Source: an uncultured Pelagibacteraceae bacterium
Lineage (GTDB): Bacteria; Pseudomonadota; Alphaproteobacteria; Pelagibacterales; Pelagibacteraceae
Length of the DNA: 50,131 bases
Assembly (NCBI GenBank): GCA_902570835.1
Contig: CACFZQ010000001.1
Span: forward strand, 1 to 50,131
Direction of reading: 5' to 3'
Shown: positions 9,795 to 20,756 of the stretch, piece after piece
Layout of the letters: each line of letters starts with the position of its first letter
Position numbering within the stretch: the stretch's first letter is position 1
Made by a program: the position numbers and the translations under genes
The notes under the pieces: generated by a model
The model's database searches: none
The model's input: the letters and a program-made list of their open reading frames with translations, nothing else
Told to the model about the DNA's origin: nothing

Positions 9795-10613
9795 ATGAAA
9801 AAAATTTATACTTGGTCAGCTAAACCTGCTGAACGAAATCTAACTGTTAATGATCTTAAATCTTCTAAAGGAAAAAAAAAATTTACTCAAGTTAGGGCAA
9901 ATACATTTGATGAAGCTTTTGCAGCAGAAGAAGCTGGTATTGATATGATTGTTGCAAATGCAAGAAATATTGTTGAAGTTAGAAAAGGTTCAAATAATTT
10001 ATTCTTAACAGCGTCATTATTTTGGGAGGAATTTGTTACTAAAGAAGAAATTTTAAAAGGTGCGTTTAAAGCATTAGAAAATGGAGCTGACGCAATTTTT
10101 ACTCCGAGAAACACTGAAGTTATAGAAATGTTATCTAATGAAGATATTCCTGTAATGGGTCATCTTGGTTTAGTACCAAGAAAATCATCTTGGTTTGGTG
10201 GTTTAAGAGCTATCGGTAAAACTCCAAAAGAAGCTTATGAGCTTTTTCAAAATTTTAAAGATTTAGAAAATGCAGGAGCCTTTGCAGTAGAAGGTGAAGT
10301 CATCCCAGAAAATGTAATGAAAGAAATTTCAAATAGATCAAGTATGATAACCGTGTCTATGGGCTCAGGTAAAAAAACTGATGTTATATATTTATTTATG
10401 GAAGATATTTGTGGTGATACTCCAATACCTCCTAGGCATGCGAAAGCCTACGGAAATTTATTAAAACTTAAACAACAAGTAAATATTGAAAGATTAAAAG
10501 CATTAAAAGCTTTTAAAAAAGATGCATTAAGTGGAAAATTCCCTCAAAAAAAACAATCAGTAAATATAAGCAACCAAGAATTTAAAAAATTTTTAAATTT
10601 ACTGAATACATAG
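9795..10613 (+). CDS. PanB-family (3-methyl-2-oxobutanoate hydroxymethyltransferase-like) protein, divergent
   Basis: IPVMGHLGLVP, LENAGAFAVEGE, PRHAKAY, SGKFP match PanB; the canonical TAYD and VGDS motifs are absent. Confidence 0.8.
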   Translation: MKKIYTWSAKPAERNLTVNDLKSSKGKKKFTQVRANTFDEAFAAEEAGIDMIVANARNIVEVRKGSNNLFLTASLFWEEFVTKEEILKGAFKALENGADAIFTPRNTEVIEMLSNEDIPVMGHLGLVPRKSSWFGGLRAIGKTPKEAYELFQNFKDLENAGAFAVEGEVIPENVMKEISNRSSMITVSMGSGKKTDVIYLFMEDICGDTPIPPRHAKAYGNLLKLKQQVNIERLKALKAFKKDALSGKFPQKKQSVNISNQEFKKFLNLLNT

Positions 10614-10647
10614 ATTATTCAATTTTTTTACTTTATAAGCAATTGAA

Positions 10648-12243
10648 ATGGAAAGCTTTGACTTTATAATTCTTGGAGCAGGATCAGCTGGTTGTGTCCT
10701 AGCAAATAGATTATCTGAAAACCCTAATCACAAAGTATTATTACTTGAGGCAGGTGGAAAAGATAACTATCCATGGATTCATATCCCAGTAGGTTATTTT
10801 AAAACCATGCATAACCCTGATGTTGATTGGTGCTACAAAACTGAACCTGATGAAACTATGAACAATATTTCTATAAGGTATCCTAGAGGAAAAACCTTAG
10901 GAGGAAGTTCTTCAATTAATGGACTTTTGTATATTAGAGGACAACACAGAGATTATGACCTTTGGCGACAATCAGGAAACGCTGGGTGGAGCTGGGATGA
11001 CGTTCTCCCATATTTTAAAAAGGCTGAAAACCAAGAGAGAGGTGCAAATGAATTTCATGGTGTAGGTGGTCCACTTTCTGTATCAGATCAAAGAATACAG
11101 CTGCCATTACTAAACGAGTTTCAGAATGCTGCTGAAGAATTTGGAATTCCAAAGACTAAAGATTTTAATACAGGTGATAATCATGGATGTGGATATTTTC
11201 AAGTAACTGAAAAAGATGGATTTAGATGTAGTACAGCAGTTGGATATCTTAACCCTATTAAAAATAGAAAAAATTTAAAAATCGTAACAAAAGCTCATGT
11301 AAAAAAAATTAATTTTGAAAACAAAATAGCCAAGGAAGTAGAGTTTTGGCAGCAAAGTGAATTAAAAAAAGTAAAAGTTCTAAAGGAGGTAATTCTGTCT
11401 TCAGGAGCAATTGGTTCTCCTCAAATTTTACAAGTATCAGGGATCGGAAATCCAATGCTTTTAAAAAATTTAGGAATTGATGTTATTCATCAATTAAATG
11501 GTGTTGGAGAAAATTTACATGATCATTTGATGTTTAGACCAATCTATAAAATTAACGGTATTAAATCTTTAAACAAAAAAGTTAATAGCTTGTTTGGAAA
11601 ACTAATGATTGGTTTAGAATATATTTTTAAAAGAAGTGGACCAATGACAATGGGTGCAAGCCAACTTTGCATGTTTGCAAAAAGCGATCCATCTTTGGAG
11701 TTACCAGATTTACAATGGCATGTTCAGCCAATGAGCATGGACACTCTTGCTGCAACAAAAAATCATGATTTTCACGCTTTTACCCCTACTGTTTCAAATG
11801 TTAGACCAACAAGTAGAGGTTATGTGCGAGTAGTTGATAAAGACTCAAGAACTTATGCAAAAATTAAACAAAACTATCTTTCTACTGATCACGATAGAAT
11901 GGTAGCAGCCAAAGGGCTAAAATTAACTAGAAAAATAGTAATGGAATCAGAAACTTTTAAAAAATATTCGCCGGAGGAATATAGGCCTGGTATTCATATT
12001 AATGATGATAAGGAGCTAGTCAAAGAGGCATCTAATTTTGCACAAACCATCTTTCATCCTGTCGGTACGTGTAAGATGGGGCAAGATGAAATGTCAGTTG
12101 TAGATGAAAAATTAAAAGTTAGAGGAATAGAAAATCTTAGAGTTATTGATGCATCAATAATGCCAAACATTACTTCAGGAAATACTAACGCGCCTACGAT
12201 TATGATTGCAGAAAAAGGTGCTGACATGATACTACAAAAATAA
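10648..12243 (+). CDS. GMC-family oxidoreductase (choline dehydrogenase-like)
   Basis: [61 protein letters not shown]. Confidence 0.92.
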   Translation: MESFDFIILGAGSAGCVLANRLSENPNHKVLLLEAGGKDNYPWIHIPVGYFKTMHNPDVDWCYKTEPDETMNNISIRYPRGKTLGGSSSINGLLYIRGQHRDYDLWRQSGNAGWSWDDVLPYFKKAENQERGANEFHGVGGPLSVSDQRIQLPLLNEFQNAAEEFGIPKTKDFNTGDNHGCGYFQVTEKDGFRCSTAVGYLNPIKNRKNLKIVTKAHVKKINFENKIAKEVEFWQQSELKKVKVLKEVILSSGAIGSPQILQVSGIGNPMLLKNLGIDVIHQLNGVGENLHDHLMFRPIYKINGIKSLNKKVNSLFGKLMIGLEYIFKRSGPMTMGASQLCMFAKSDPSLELPDLQWHVQPMSMDTLAATKNHDFHAFTPTVSNVRPTSRGYVRVVDKDSRTYAKIKQNYLSTDHDRMVAAKGLKLTRKIVMESETFKKYSPEEYRPGIHINDDKELVKEASNFAQTIFHPVGTCKMGQDEMSVVDEKLKVRGIENLRVIDASIMPNITSGNTNAPTIMIAEKGADMILQK

Positions 12244-12836
12244 TGTTTGCAGAATTTTTTACTCCCGAACAAATTGCTATTTTAACACAAATAATTTTTA
12301 TTGATTTAGTACTAGCTGGTGACAATGCCATAATAATTGGAATGGTAGCTTCAAAATTTCCTGTTGAGCAAAGGAAGAAGGTTATATTTTGGGGAATTGG
12401 TGGTGCAGTAATTTTAAGAATAATATTAACGTTACTAACAGCTTATTTGTTACAAATTACTGGACTAAGACTTATTGGAGGAATTTTACTTCTTTATATT
12501 GTTTACAAACTATATGTTGATGTAATTAAAGGATCAGACTCTGAAGAAAATATAAAAGTAGATAACTCAAGCTTTTTAAAAGCAATTTGGACTGTATTAC
12601 TTGCTGATTTCACAATGAGTTTAGATAATGTTTTAGGTGTTGCTGGTGCTGCAGGTGATCATTATGGATTACTTGTGTTTGGATTAGTTCTATCGATTGT
12701 TTTAATGGCAACTGCTGCAACATTAATTTCTGGATGGATAAAAAAATACAAATGGATTGCATGGGTTGGGTTATTAGCAATATTAATAGTAGCTGTTGAG
12801 TTGATTTATACAGATATTAAAATAATATTATTTTAA
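12243..12836 (+). CDS. TerC/YjbE-family membrane protein
   Basis: IDLVLAGDNA and ADFTMSLDNVLGVAGAA motifs. Confidence 0.9.
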   Translation: MFAEFFTPEQIAILTQIIFIDLVLAGDNAIIIGMVASKFPVEQRKKVIFWGIGGAVILRIILTLLTAYLLQITGLRLIGGILLLYIVYKLYVDVIKGSDSEENIKVDNSSFLKAIWTVLLADFTMSLDNVLGVAGAAGDHYGLLVFGLVLSIVLMATAATLISGWIKKYKWIAWVGLLAILIVAVELIYTDIKIILF

Positions 12837-13594
12837 TGTATCTTCAAAAAATTAATCTTAAAAATAAGTACGCACTAGTTACTGGTGCTGGAAAAGGACT
12901 TGGTAGAGCTTGTTCCATTGCACTTGCAGAAGCTGGAGCAACAGTAATAGCATTAAGCAGAACTCCTTCTGATTTAAATAAATTAGAAAAAGATATAAAA
13001 AAAATTAAAGGTAAAGTAATTAAAGTTCCTTGCGATGTAATGAATTATGAAGATCTAAAAGCAAAATTAGAAAAAATCAAAATTATTGATGTCTTAGTAA
13101 ACAATGCTGGAACTAATATTCCTGAACCTTTTGAAAAAATTAAACAAAAAAGTATGAACTACTTGGTAGATTTAAATTTAAAAGCTGCATTTAATGTTGC
13201 ACAATTAGTAGTTAAGAAAATGCTTAAAAATAAAAAGAGACCTGGCTCTATTATTAATATGTCTTCTCAATTAGGTCATGTCGGTATGAGTGGGAGAAAT
13301 GTCTACAATATGACTAAATTTGGGATTGAAGGTTTGACAAAAGGTATGGGTGTAGAGTTAGCTAAAAGAAATATAAGAGTTAACACAGTAGCTCCTACGT
13401 TTGTTGAAACTCCAATGGTTAAAAATTTCTTTAAAAATAAAAAATTTAAAAAACTAGCGCTTGGAAATATTCCAATGGGAAAAGCAGCAACTGAAAGTGA
13501 TGTAGCAACAACAGTTTGTTTCTTAGCTTCACCTGCTTCTTCAATGATAACTGGAACATCAATTATAATAGATGGTGGATGGACAGCTCAGTAA
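12836..13594 (+). CDS. SDR oxidoreductase, HpsO-like (possible dihydroxypropanesulfonate dehydrogenase)
   Basis: TGAGKGLG, NNAG, SSQLGHVG...YNMTK...RVNTVAPTFVET. SDR call is secure; the HpsO resemblance is recalled from family knowledge and supported by the sulfonate context. Confidence 0.85.
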   Translation: MYLQKINLKNKYALVTGAGKGLGRACSIALAEAGATVIALSRTPSDLNKLEKDIKKIKGKVIKVPCDVMNYEDLKAKLEKIKIIDVLVNNAGTNIPEPFEKIKQKSMNYLVDLNLKAAFNVAQLVVKKMLKNKKRPGSIINMSSQLGHVGMSGRNVYNMTKFGIEGLTKGMGVELAKRNIRVNTVAPTFVETPMVKNFFKNKKFKKLALGNIPMGKAATESDVATTVCFLASPASSMITGTSIIIDGGWTAQ

Positions 13595-14379
13595 TAAATA
13601 GATTTTTTTTAATATTTTTCTTTTTTTTTTCAACTGCAAATGCAATAGAATTTCAAGGTAAATTCTTACAAGGGCATTTTATTTTAGGGAAAACAAATCC
13701 TGGTGCTAAGATAATTGTTGGAAAAAAAGAGGTAAGAGTATCAAAAGATGGTTTTTTTGTTTTTGGTATTGATAGAGATCAAAAATATGATCTTATTTTT
13801 ACAAAAATCTTTGATGGAAAAAAAACTACAATAACTAAAAAAGTTTTAAAAAGAAAATACAACATTCAAAGAATAGATGGCTTGGAAGAAAGCAAAGTAA
13901 CCCCACCCGAGTCAGTCTATAAAAGAATAAAAAAAGAAAACAATGCAATTGGTGAAGCAAGAGCAATTAATTCTGAATTACAGTTTTTTAAACAAAAATT
14001 TATAATGCCTGTTGAAGGAATTATTAGTGGTGTTTATGGGAGTCAAAGAATTTTAAACGGTAAGCCTAGATGGCCTCATTACGGAATTGATATAGCCTCA
14101 AAACAAGGAACGATGATAAAATCTTCAGGATCAGGAGTAGTTACAATGGCAGAAGATGACTTGTACTACACAGGAGGAACGGTAATCATGGATCATGGTC
14201 ATGGAATTTCTACTATTTATTCTCACCTAGAAAGTGTTTTGGTTTCTGTAGGTGATTTAATAAATCAAGGTGATATTATTGGAACTGTAGGATCAACAGG
14301 AAGATCTACGGGACCTCATCTAGATTTTAGAATAAATTGGTTCCAAACAAGATTGGATCCAATGTCTGTCTTAAAATAA
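13579..14379 (+). CDS. M23-family metallopeptidase, exported
   Basis: HYGIDIA, DHGHG...YSHL, GSTGRSTGPHLDF; start at ATG 13579 is inferred (signal peptide ...STANA). Confidence 0.88.
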   Translation: MDSSVINRFFLIFFFFFSTANAIEFQGKFLQGHFILGKTNPGAKIIVGKKEVRVSKDGFFVFGIDRDQKYDLIFTKIFDGKKTTITKKVLKRKYNIQRIDGLEESKVTPPESVYKRIKKENNAIGEARAINSELQFFKQKFIMPVEGIISGVYGSQRILNGKPRWPHYGIDIASKQGTMIKSSGSGVVTMAEDDLYYTGGTVIMDHGHGISTIYSHLESVLVSVGDLINQGDIIGTVGSTGRSTGPHLDFRINWFQTRLDPMSVLK

Positions 14380-14395
14380 TTTTTTCAAAATAAAA

Positions 14396-15256
14396 ATGAA
14401 TTATAAATCAAAAGAAACAATAGGAATTATTTTTGGAATAATTGCTTACTTTTCATTTTCAATTCTAGATGCAATTCAAAAAACAGCTGTAATTCACTAC
14501 TCTATATTTCAATTATTATTTATTAAATATACTTTTGTACTATTGTTAAGTTTGATAGAGGCAAAAAGAGCTAACAATAATAATTTTTATAAATCTAATA
14601 ATTTAAATCTTCAAATTGTCAGAAGTTTATTATCAATATTAGAGTCTGGTTTTTTTGTCTTATCTTTTAAATATTTATCTTTAGCTAATGCACATAGCAT
14701 AGGTGCGTTAGCTCCTATCATTATAGTTGTTTTGTCAGTATTCATTTTGAATGAAAAAGTTTCAATCAAAACATGGATAGCAATCTTTGTTGGTTTCATC
14801 GGGGTGTTAATAATAATTAGACCTGCATCCGATGTATTTAATATAAATTCTTTCATTCCATTATTGGCTGCTTTTTTTCTAGGCCTATATCAAATAGCTA
14901 CAAAAAAAATTACTGAATATGATGCTCCAGAAGTATCATTATTCTATTCTTCTTTAGTAGGTATTTTTATCACTTCAATAATGGCATTTAATTTTTGGCA
15001 ACCTGTAGATATTAAATCTTTATATTTCTTTTTACCAATTGGTTTGTTTTTTTCATTGGGTATTTATTTTCAAATATTGGCTTTGAAAAACGCAAGAGCT
15101 AGCATAATTCAACCATTTCATTACACTTTAATTTTTTGGGCAATCATTTTTGGATTTTTCTTTTACGACGATATCCCAGATTTATTTACTATTATAGGTG
15201 CAATAATAATTACAACTTCGGGAATATTTGTTATTAATCAAACATCAAACAAATAA
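14396..15256 (+). CDS. DMT/EamA-family transporter
   Basis: About ten hydrophobic helices; LNEKVSIKTW, GFIGVLIIIRP, ASIIQPFHY motifs. Confidence 0.9.
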   Translation: MNYKSKETIGIIFGIIAYFSFSILDAIQKTAVIHYSIFQLLFIKYTFVLLLSLIEAKRANNNNFYKSNNLNLQIVRSLLSILESGFFVLSFKYLSLANAHSIGALAPIIIVVLSVFILNEKVSIKTWIAIFVGFIGVLIIIRPASDVFNINSFIPLLAAFFLGLYQIATKKITEYDAPEVSLFYSSLVGIFITSIMAFNFWQPVDIKSLYFFLPIGLFFSLGIYFQILALKNARASIIQPFHYTLIFWAIIFGFFFYDDIPDLFTIIGAIIITTSGIFVINQTSNK

Positions 15257-15269
15257 ATTAAAAAAAATT

Positions 15270-16046
15270 ATGACAAAAACACTTAAAGATAAAATTTCTG
15301 ATAAATTAGTAAATGCTTTTTTAACAAATAAAATTATTTCACCAATACCTAGTAAATTTACAAAAAAACTTACTGAAGCGGACAAATTTAGAAAATTTTG
15401 TGAGAGCAAAATTAAAGATCCAATTGTAGGTTTTAAAGCTGGTGGAACAGGAATTCCATTAATGAAAAAACTAAAAGAAAAAGAACCATTTATTGCTTCT
15501 GTTTTTAAGAAGAATTTAATTAAAAGTGGAAAAAAAGTAAAAACAAATAAATCCACTTTAGGAATTGAACTTGAAGTTTGTTATTTAATAAAAAAAACTT
15601 TTTTTTCATCAAAAGGCAAAATAACTAACAATAATGTAACAAAATATATTTCTCACATGGCGCCTTGTATTGAGGTTGTTGGATACAGGCAAAAAAGAAA
15701 AGGTATTACTTCTTTTGGTGATTTAAGCAGTGATTTTGGAGGAAATATTAAATTTTTAATAGGACAAAAGAAAAAATTTAAAAAAATTAATATAGGAAAT
15801 TTAAAAACGAATATTTCAAATAAAAAAGCTAAGCAAAGTGTAGATGGAAATACTGGTGCTGTTTATATCAATCCAATAAATTCTTTAAGATTTGTTTTAA
15901 ATAAAGTTAAAAAAGATAAAACAATTTTAGATAAAGATTTTTATGTGTTTACCGGATCTACAGTTGGAGTTGTTCCAATAATTAAAAAAGGAATGTATTC
16001 TGCAAAGATTGAAAAGCTTGGATCTGTAAAGGCCAATATAATTTAA
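15270..16046 (+). CDS. 2-keto-4-pentenoate hydratase / FAH-superfamily protein
   Basis: GFKAGGT, IELEV, APCIEVV, VFTGS motifs of the MhpD-like family; ATG at 15270 preferred. Confidence 0.78.
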   Translation: MTKTLKDKISDKLVNAFLTNKIISPIPSKFTKKLTEADKFRKFCESKIKDPIVGFKAGGTGIPLMKKLKEKEPFIASVFKKNLIKSGKKVKTNKSTLGIELEVCYLIKKTFFSSKGKITNNNVTKYISHMAPCIEVVGYRQKRKGITSFGDLSSDFGGNIKFLIGQKKKFKKINIGNLKTNISNKKAKQSVDGNTGAVYINPINSLRFVLNKVKKDKTILDKDFYVFTGSTVGVVPIIKKGMYSAKIEKLGSVKANII

Positions 16047-17347
16047 ATTTCATATCTTGCTCTTAAACGTTCGTAAATAAGTCTTGATTTAACTCCCAAG
16101 CTTAGAAATGGTTCAGGAGGTAACCAAGTTGGTTTATTTCTTTTTTCTATAGTCTCTATTTCTAAACTATTTTCACCAATTGCTTTGATTGCGATTTGTT
16201 CACCAAATAAAGTTCCTACACCAATACCTGAACCGTTGTAACAACCAGCAGCAAATATATTGCTATCGATTTTTTCAAATATTTGAGAACTATTCCTTGT
16301 TCTTGAAACTATGCCAGACCAAGATGATTTAATTATATCATTGGGTAATTGTGGAAATCTTTTTTGTATTCCAATTTTCTGATTTAAAGATCTTTTTTTA
16401 AGAGTGGAATTTGACATACAAAATGGATTATGGACTTCTGCTGTATTTCTTATCAAAATTCTTCTATCTTTTGTCATTCTAATTGTTGCACCCATTGGCC
16501 TTACTGGTAATACACCCCATTCTTTTGGTTCGCCAATAGATTTAAATTCTTCATCAGATAACCCTCTTGTCATGCTCGCAGTTAAAGTAATTGGAAAATT
16601 ATAATTTGATTTTATTCCTAGTGATTTTAAAAAACCATTCGTGGCAAAAATAATATTTTTTGTTTTAATTATTCCATTTTTGAAATTACAATAAATAAAA
16701 TCTTGATTTTTAGTCCAATTTAATAAACAAGAATTTTCATACAAAAAAACATTGGAAGGTAAAGCATCAACCATTGCTCTAACTAATTTTCCTGGATGTA
16801 GTAGAATACCACCCTTTGTGTAAAGTCCGATATTATAAAAACTAGTACCCAATTTTTCATTCAATTCTTTGTTTCCAAATAAACTGTGTTCAAAGCCTAA
16901 CTTAGATAATGTATTTGAAAAATTTTCTAAAATTTTTTTATCTTCAATTTTTGATGAAGCAAAATATTTACCACTTTCATTCCAATCACAATCTACTTGA
17001 TGTTCTTTAATAAATTTTTTTACTACATCTATTCCTAATGAATAAATATGAGCTTTCTTTTTATAATTTTGCAATTCTTTATTTGATGTAAAACCATCAT
17101 TCAAAGTTGTATCAACCAAATAACCAGAATTTCTTCCACTAGCGCCCTCACCTGCTATTTGAGCATCTGCTAGTATAATTTTTAAATTTGAATTTATTTG
17201 AGCTAATTTTCTTGCAGCAGACAGACCTGTATAACCAGCTCCTATTATTAACCAATCACACTCATCGTTTGATAAAAGAAACTTAATGTTTGTTCTTGGA
17301 TTAAGGTCATTAATCCAACTACAGGTATTATCGTTAGTCACTTCCAT
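16043..17347 (-). CDS. FAD-dependent oxidoreductase (DAO / amine oxidase family)
   Basis: IIGAGYTGLSAA, GASGRNSG, GCYNGSGIGVGT. Confidence 0.88.
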   Translation of the reverse strand: MEVTNDNTCSWINDLNPRTNIKFLLSNDECDWLIIGAGYTGLSAARKLAQINSNLKIILADAQIAGEGASGRNSGYLVDTTLNDGFTSNKELQNYKKKAHIYSLGIDVVKKFIKEHQVDCDWNESGKYFASSKIEDKKILENFSNTLSKLGFEHSLFGNKELNEKLGTSFYNIGLYTKGGILLHPGKLVRAMVDALPSNVFLYENSCLLNWTKNQDFIYCNFKNGIIKTKNIIFATNGFLKSLGIKSNYNFPITLTASMTRGLSDEEFKSIGEPKEWGVLPVRPMGATIRMTKDRRILIRNTAEVHNPFCMSNSTLKKRSLNQKIGIQKRFPQLPNDIIKSSWSGIVSRTRNSSQIFEKIDSNIFAAGCYNGSGIGVGTLFGEQIAIKAIGENSLEIETIEKRNKPTWLPPEPFLSLGVKSRLIYERLRARYEI

Positions 17348-17386
17348 GAAGTGACTTTACGATAATTGATAAATTTTTAAAAGATT

Positions 17387-19171
17387 TTAAGAGTTTAATG
17401 AAGGTTGTTTCTTCATATCTGCTTTGTTGATGCCAGCAACTCTTACCGGTTTCTTCATCGCATCTCTTCTAAATGGTTCTCCAAGTTCTTGGTTTAGAAT
17501 TACTTCTATAAATGTTGTAATTCCTTTCTTTTGATCTTCACAAGATTGCTTGATTGCATTTGTTGTTTCTTCCATTGTTCTAACGGTTACACCTTTTAAA
17601 CCACATGCATCAGCAACTTTAGCGTAACTTAATTCAGGGTCTAACTCAGTTCCAACAAAATTGTTATCAAACCATAGAGTAGTATTTCTTTTTTCTGCAC
17701 CCCATTGATAATTTCTGAAAATTACCATTGTAATTGAAGGCCATTCTTCTCTTGCGCATGAGCTCATTTCGTTCATGCTAATTCCAAAAGCTCCATCACC
17801 TGCAAAACCAATTACTGGAGTATCAGGGCAACCAATTTTTGCACCTAGTATAGATGGAAATCCATAACCACAAGGTCCAAATAAACCTGGGGCTAAATAT
17901 TTTCTTGGTTTTTCAAAAGTTGGGTAAGCATTACCAATGGCGCAGTTATTTCCAATATCACTTGAAATAATTACATCATCAGGCATACCAGATTGAATTG
18001 CTCTCCAAGCTTGTCTTGGAGACATTCTATCTGCATCTCTTTCTCTAGCTTCTTTATTCCAAACTGTTCCTTCATCATCATCTTCATGATCTAAACTTGA
18101 AAGTTTTTGTAACCATGCAGATTTTGTTTGGTGAATTAAATCTTTTCTAGCTTGTCTATCAATATCTCCAGCATTTGAAGATAGTTTTGCTAAAATTTGC
18201 TCAGCAACTAGTTTTGCATCACCACTTATTCCAACTGTGACTTTTTTAGTTAAACCAATTCTATCTGGATTAATATCTACCTGAATTATGTTTGCATTCT
18301 TAGGCCAATAATCAATTCCATATCCTGGTAAAGTTGAAAATGGATTTAATCTCGTACCAAGTGCTAAAACAACATCGGCTTTTGAAATTAATTCCATCGC
18401 AGCTTTTGAACCATTATATCCTAAAGGTCCTACTGCTAATGGGTGGCTTCCTGGAAAGCTATCGTTATGTTGATATCCAGAACATACTGGTGCATCTAAT
18501 TTTTCAGCAAGGTTTTTAGTTGCATCTATAGCTCCACCAATTACAACTCCAGCTCCAGAAAGTATTACTGGAAATTTTGCATTAGATAATAAATCAGCAG
18601 CTTTAGACACAGCATCATTACCTCCACCTTGTCTTTCTAATCTAACAATTGGTGGTAGATCAATATCAATAACTTGACACCAATAATCTCTTGGTACATT
18701 TATTTGTGCAGGTGCAGAACCTCTTATTGCTTTTTCAATTACTCTATTTAGAACTTCTGCCATTCTTGAAGGATCTCTAACCTCTTCTTGATAACAAACC
18801 ATGTCTTTAAACAAATTCATTTGTTCTACCTCTTGAAAACCACCTTGACCCATTGTTTTATTTGCAGCTTGTGGTGTCACCAATAATAGAGGTGTATGGT
18901 TCCAGTAAGCTGTTTTAATTGGAGTTACTAGTCCTGTAATTCCTGGTCCGTTTTGCGCAATAACCATTGACATTTTACCAGTAGCTCTTGTGTAACCATC
19001 AGCAATTAAACCACCATTTGTTTCATGAGCAACATCCCAAAATGTAATTCCTGCATCAGGGAAAATATCTGAAATTGGCATAAACGCAGAACCGATAATT
19101 CCAAAAGCGTGCTCAATTCCATGCATTTGTAAAACTTTTACAAAAGCTTCTTCTGTTGTCATTTTCGTCAT
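17387..19171 (-). CDS. xsc: Sulfoacetaldehyde acetyltransferase (ThDP-dependent)
   Basis: MTTEEAFVKVLQMHGIEHAFGIIGSAFMP N-terminus, GDGAFG...NYQWGAEKRN, ELGEPFRRDAMKKP; all characteristic of Xsc. Confidence 0.96.
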   Translation of the reverse strand: MTKMTTEEAFVKVLQMHGIEHAFGIIGSAFMPISDIFPDAGITFWDVAHETNGGLIADGYTRATGKMSMVIAQNGPGITGLVTPIKTAYWNHTPLLLVTPQAANKTMGQGGFQEVEQMNLFKDMVCYQEEVRDPSRMAEVLNRVIEKAIRGSAPAQINVPRDYWCQVIDIDLPPIVRLERQGGGNDAVSKAADLLSNAKFPVILSGAGVVIGGAIDATKNLAEKLDAPVCSGYQHNDSFPGSHPLAVGPLGYNGSKAAMELISKADVVLALGTRLNPFSTLPGYGIDYWPKNANIIQVDINPDRIGLTKKVTVGISGDAKLVAEQILAKLSSNAGDIDRQARKDLIHQTKSAWLQKLSSLDHEDDDEGTVWNKEARERDADRMSPRQAWRAIQSGMPDDVIISSDIGNNCAIGNAYPTFEKPRKYLAPGLFGPCGYGFPSILGAKIGCPDTPVIGFAGDGAFGISMNEMSSCAREEWPSITMVIFRNYQWGAEKRNTTLWFDNNFVGTELDPELSYAKVADACGLKGVTVRTMEETTNAIKQSCEDQKKGITTFIEVILNQELGEPFRRDAMKKPVRVAGINKADMKKQPSLNS

Positions 19172-19283
19172 AAAACTAGAGCCTCTCTAAAGAATAAATA
19201 TATTAATTTTTACAATTTATTTGTTAATTTTTGCGATTAATATATAAGAATTTACAAATTTCAAACAAACAAATCGACACGAT

Positions 19284-19568
19284 ATGGCAACAGATATAAT
19301 TATACACGATAAAAAAGACAACGTAGGAGTAGTTGTTATTGAAAAAATCACTCCAAAACAAGACTGTGCATGCTGGATAATGGAAGATGATAGTTCAACA
19401 AATATTCAATCATTAGATGAAATCCCATTGGGTCATAAAATAGCTATGGTTGACCTTAATGAAGGTGATACAATTCTTAAATATGGTCACGATATAGGTA
19501 AAGTGGTCAAATCAATAAAAAAAGGTGAACATGTTCATGTTCACAATGTTAAAACAAAGAAGTGGTAG
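19284..19568 (+). CDS. suyA: Sulfolactate sulfo-lyase small subunit (SAF domain, UxaA family)
   Basis: [40 protein letters not shown]. Confidence 0.9.
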   Translation: MATDIIIHDKKDNVGVVVIEKITPKQDCACWIMEDDSSTNIQSLDEIPLGHKIAMVDLNEGDTILKYGHDIGKVVKSIKKGEHVHVHNVKTKKW

Positions 19569-19572
19569 TATT

Positions 19573-20739
19573 ATGGAAATTCCAAAAAGTTTTTTAGGTT
19601 ACAAAAGAGAAAATGGCAGAGCCGGAACAAGAAATCATGTAATAATTTTACCAGTAGATGATATTTCAAACGCATGTGCTGAAGCAGTCGCAAACAATAT
19701 AAAAGGAACAATAGCTCTACCCCATTCTTATGGAAGACTACAATTTGGTGCCGATTTAGAATTGCACTTCAGAACGATGATTGGTACTGGCTGTAACCCA
19801 AATGTTGCGGCTGTAATAGTTATTGGTATTGAGCCTAAATGGACTAAAAAAATTGTTGATGGCATTGCTAAAACTGGAAAACCAGTTGAAGGATTTCACA
19901 TTGAAAGAACCGGTGACATTGGAACTACAATGAAAGCTTCAAAAAAAGCGCAAGAATTTGTAATGTGGGCATCAGAAAAACAAAGAGAGGAATGTCCAAT
20001 GAGTGATCTTTGGATTTCAGTAAAATGTGGTGAGTCTGATACTACATCTGGTTTAGCTGCAAACCCAACCGTAGGTAACTTAATGGATAAGCTAGAACCA
20101 TTAGGGGTTCACTTGTGTTTTGGTGAAACATCAGAATTAACTGGTGCAGAACAAGTTTGTGCAACCAGAGGTGCTACAAAAGAAGCTTCTGAAAAATTTA
20201 TGAAAACTTGGAGTTCTTATAATGATTTTATATTAAAAGAAGCAACTGATGATCTTTCTGAAAGTCAGCCAACAGCTGGAAATATAGCTGGAGGATTGAC
20301 AACAATTGAAGAAAAAGCATTTGGAAATTTTCAAAAAATTGGAAATTGTAAATTTATTGATGTGCTTGAACCAGCTGAAGAACCTACTAGAGGAAAGGGT
20401 TTATATTTTATGGATACTTCATCTGCAGCTGCAGAATGTGTAACACTTCAAGCAGCAGCTGGATTTAATATTCATTTGTTTCCAACGGGCCAAGGAAATA
20501 TTGTAGGAAACCCAATTGAACCAGTTGTTAAATTAACTGCAAACCCTCTTACTGTTAAAGGCATGGGTGAACATATTGACTGTGATGTTTCTAAAATTCT
20601 TTCAAGAGAAATGAATTTATCAAAGGCAGGTGATGAGCTAATTAAAACAACTTTAAGAGTTGCTAACGGTCGATTAACTTGTGCAGAAGCTCTAGGTCAC
20701 AAAGAATTTGTGATGACTAAGCTTTACAGAAGTGCTTAA
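19573..20739 (+). CDS. suyB: Sulfolactate sulfo-lyase large subunit (UxaA/GarD family)
   Basis: [53 protein letters not shown]-terminus; ATG at 19573. Confidence 0.92.
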   Translation: MEIPKSFLGYKRENGRAGTRNHVIILPVDDISNACAEAVANNIKGTIALPHSYGRLQFGADLELHFRTMIGTGCNPNVAAVIVIGIEPKWTKKIVDGIAKTGKPVEGFHIERTGDIGTTMKASKKAQEFVMWASEKQREECPMSDLWISVKCGESDTTSGLAANPTVGNLMDKLEPLGVHLCFGETSELTGAEQVCATRGATKEASEKFMKTWSSYNDFILKEATDDLSESQPTAGNIAGGLTTIEEKAFGNFQKIGNCKFIDVLEPAEEPTRGKGLYFMDTSSAAAECVTLQAAAGFNIHLFPTGQGNIVGNPIEPVVKLTANPLTVKGMGEHIDCDVSKILSREMNLSKAGDELIKTTLRVANGRLTCAEALGHKEFVMTKLYRSA

Positions 20740-20756
20740 TTAAAAAACTTTATTTT

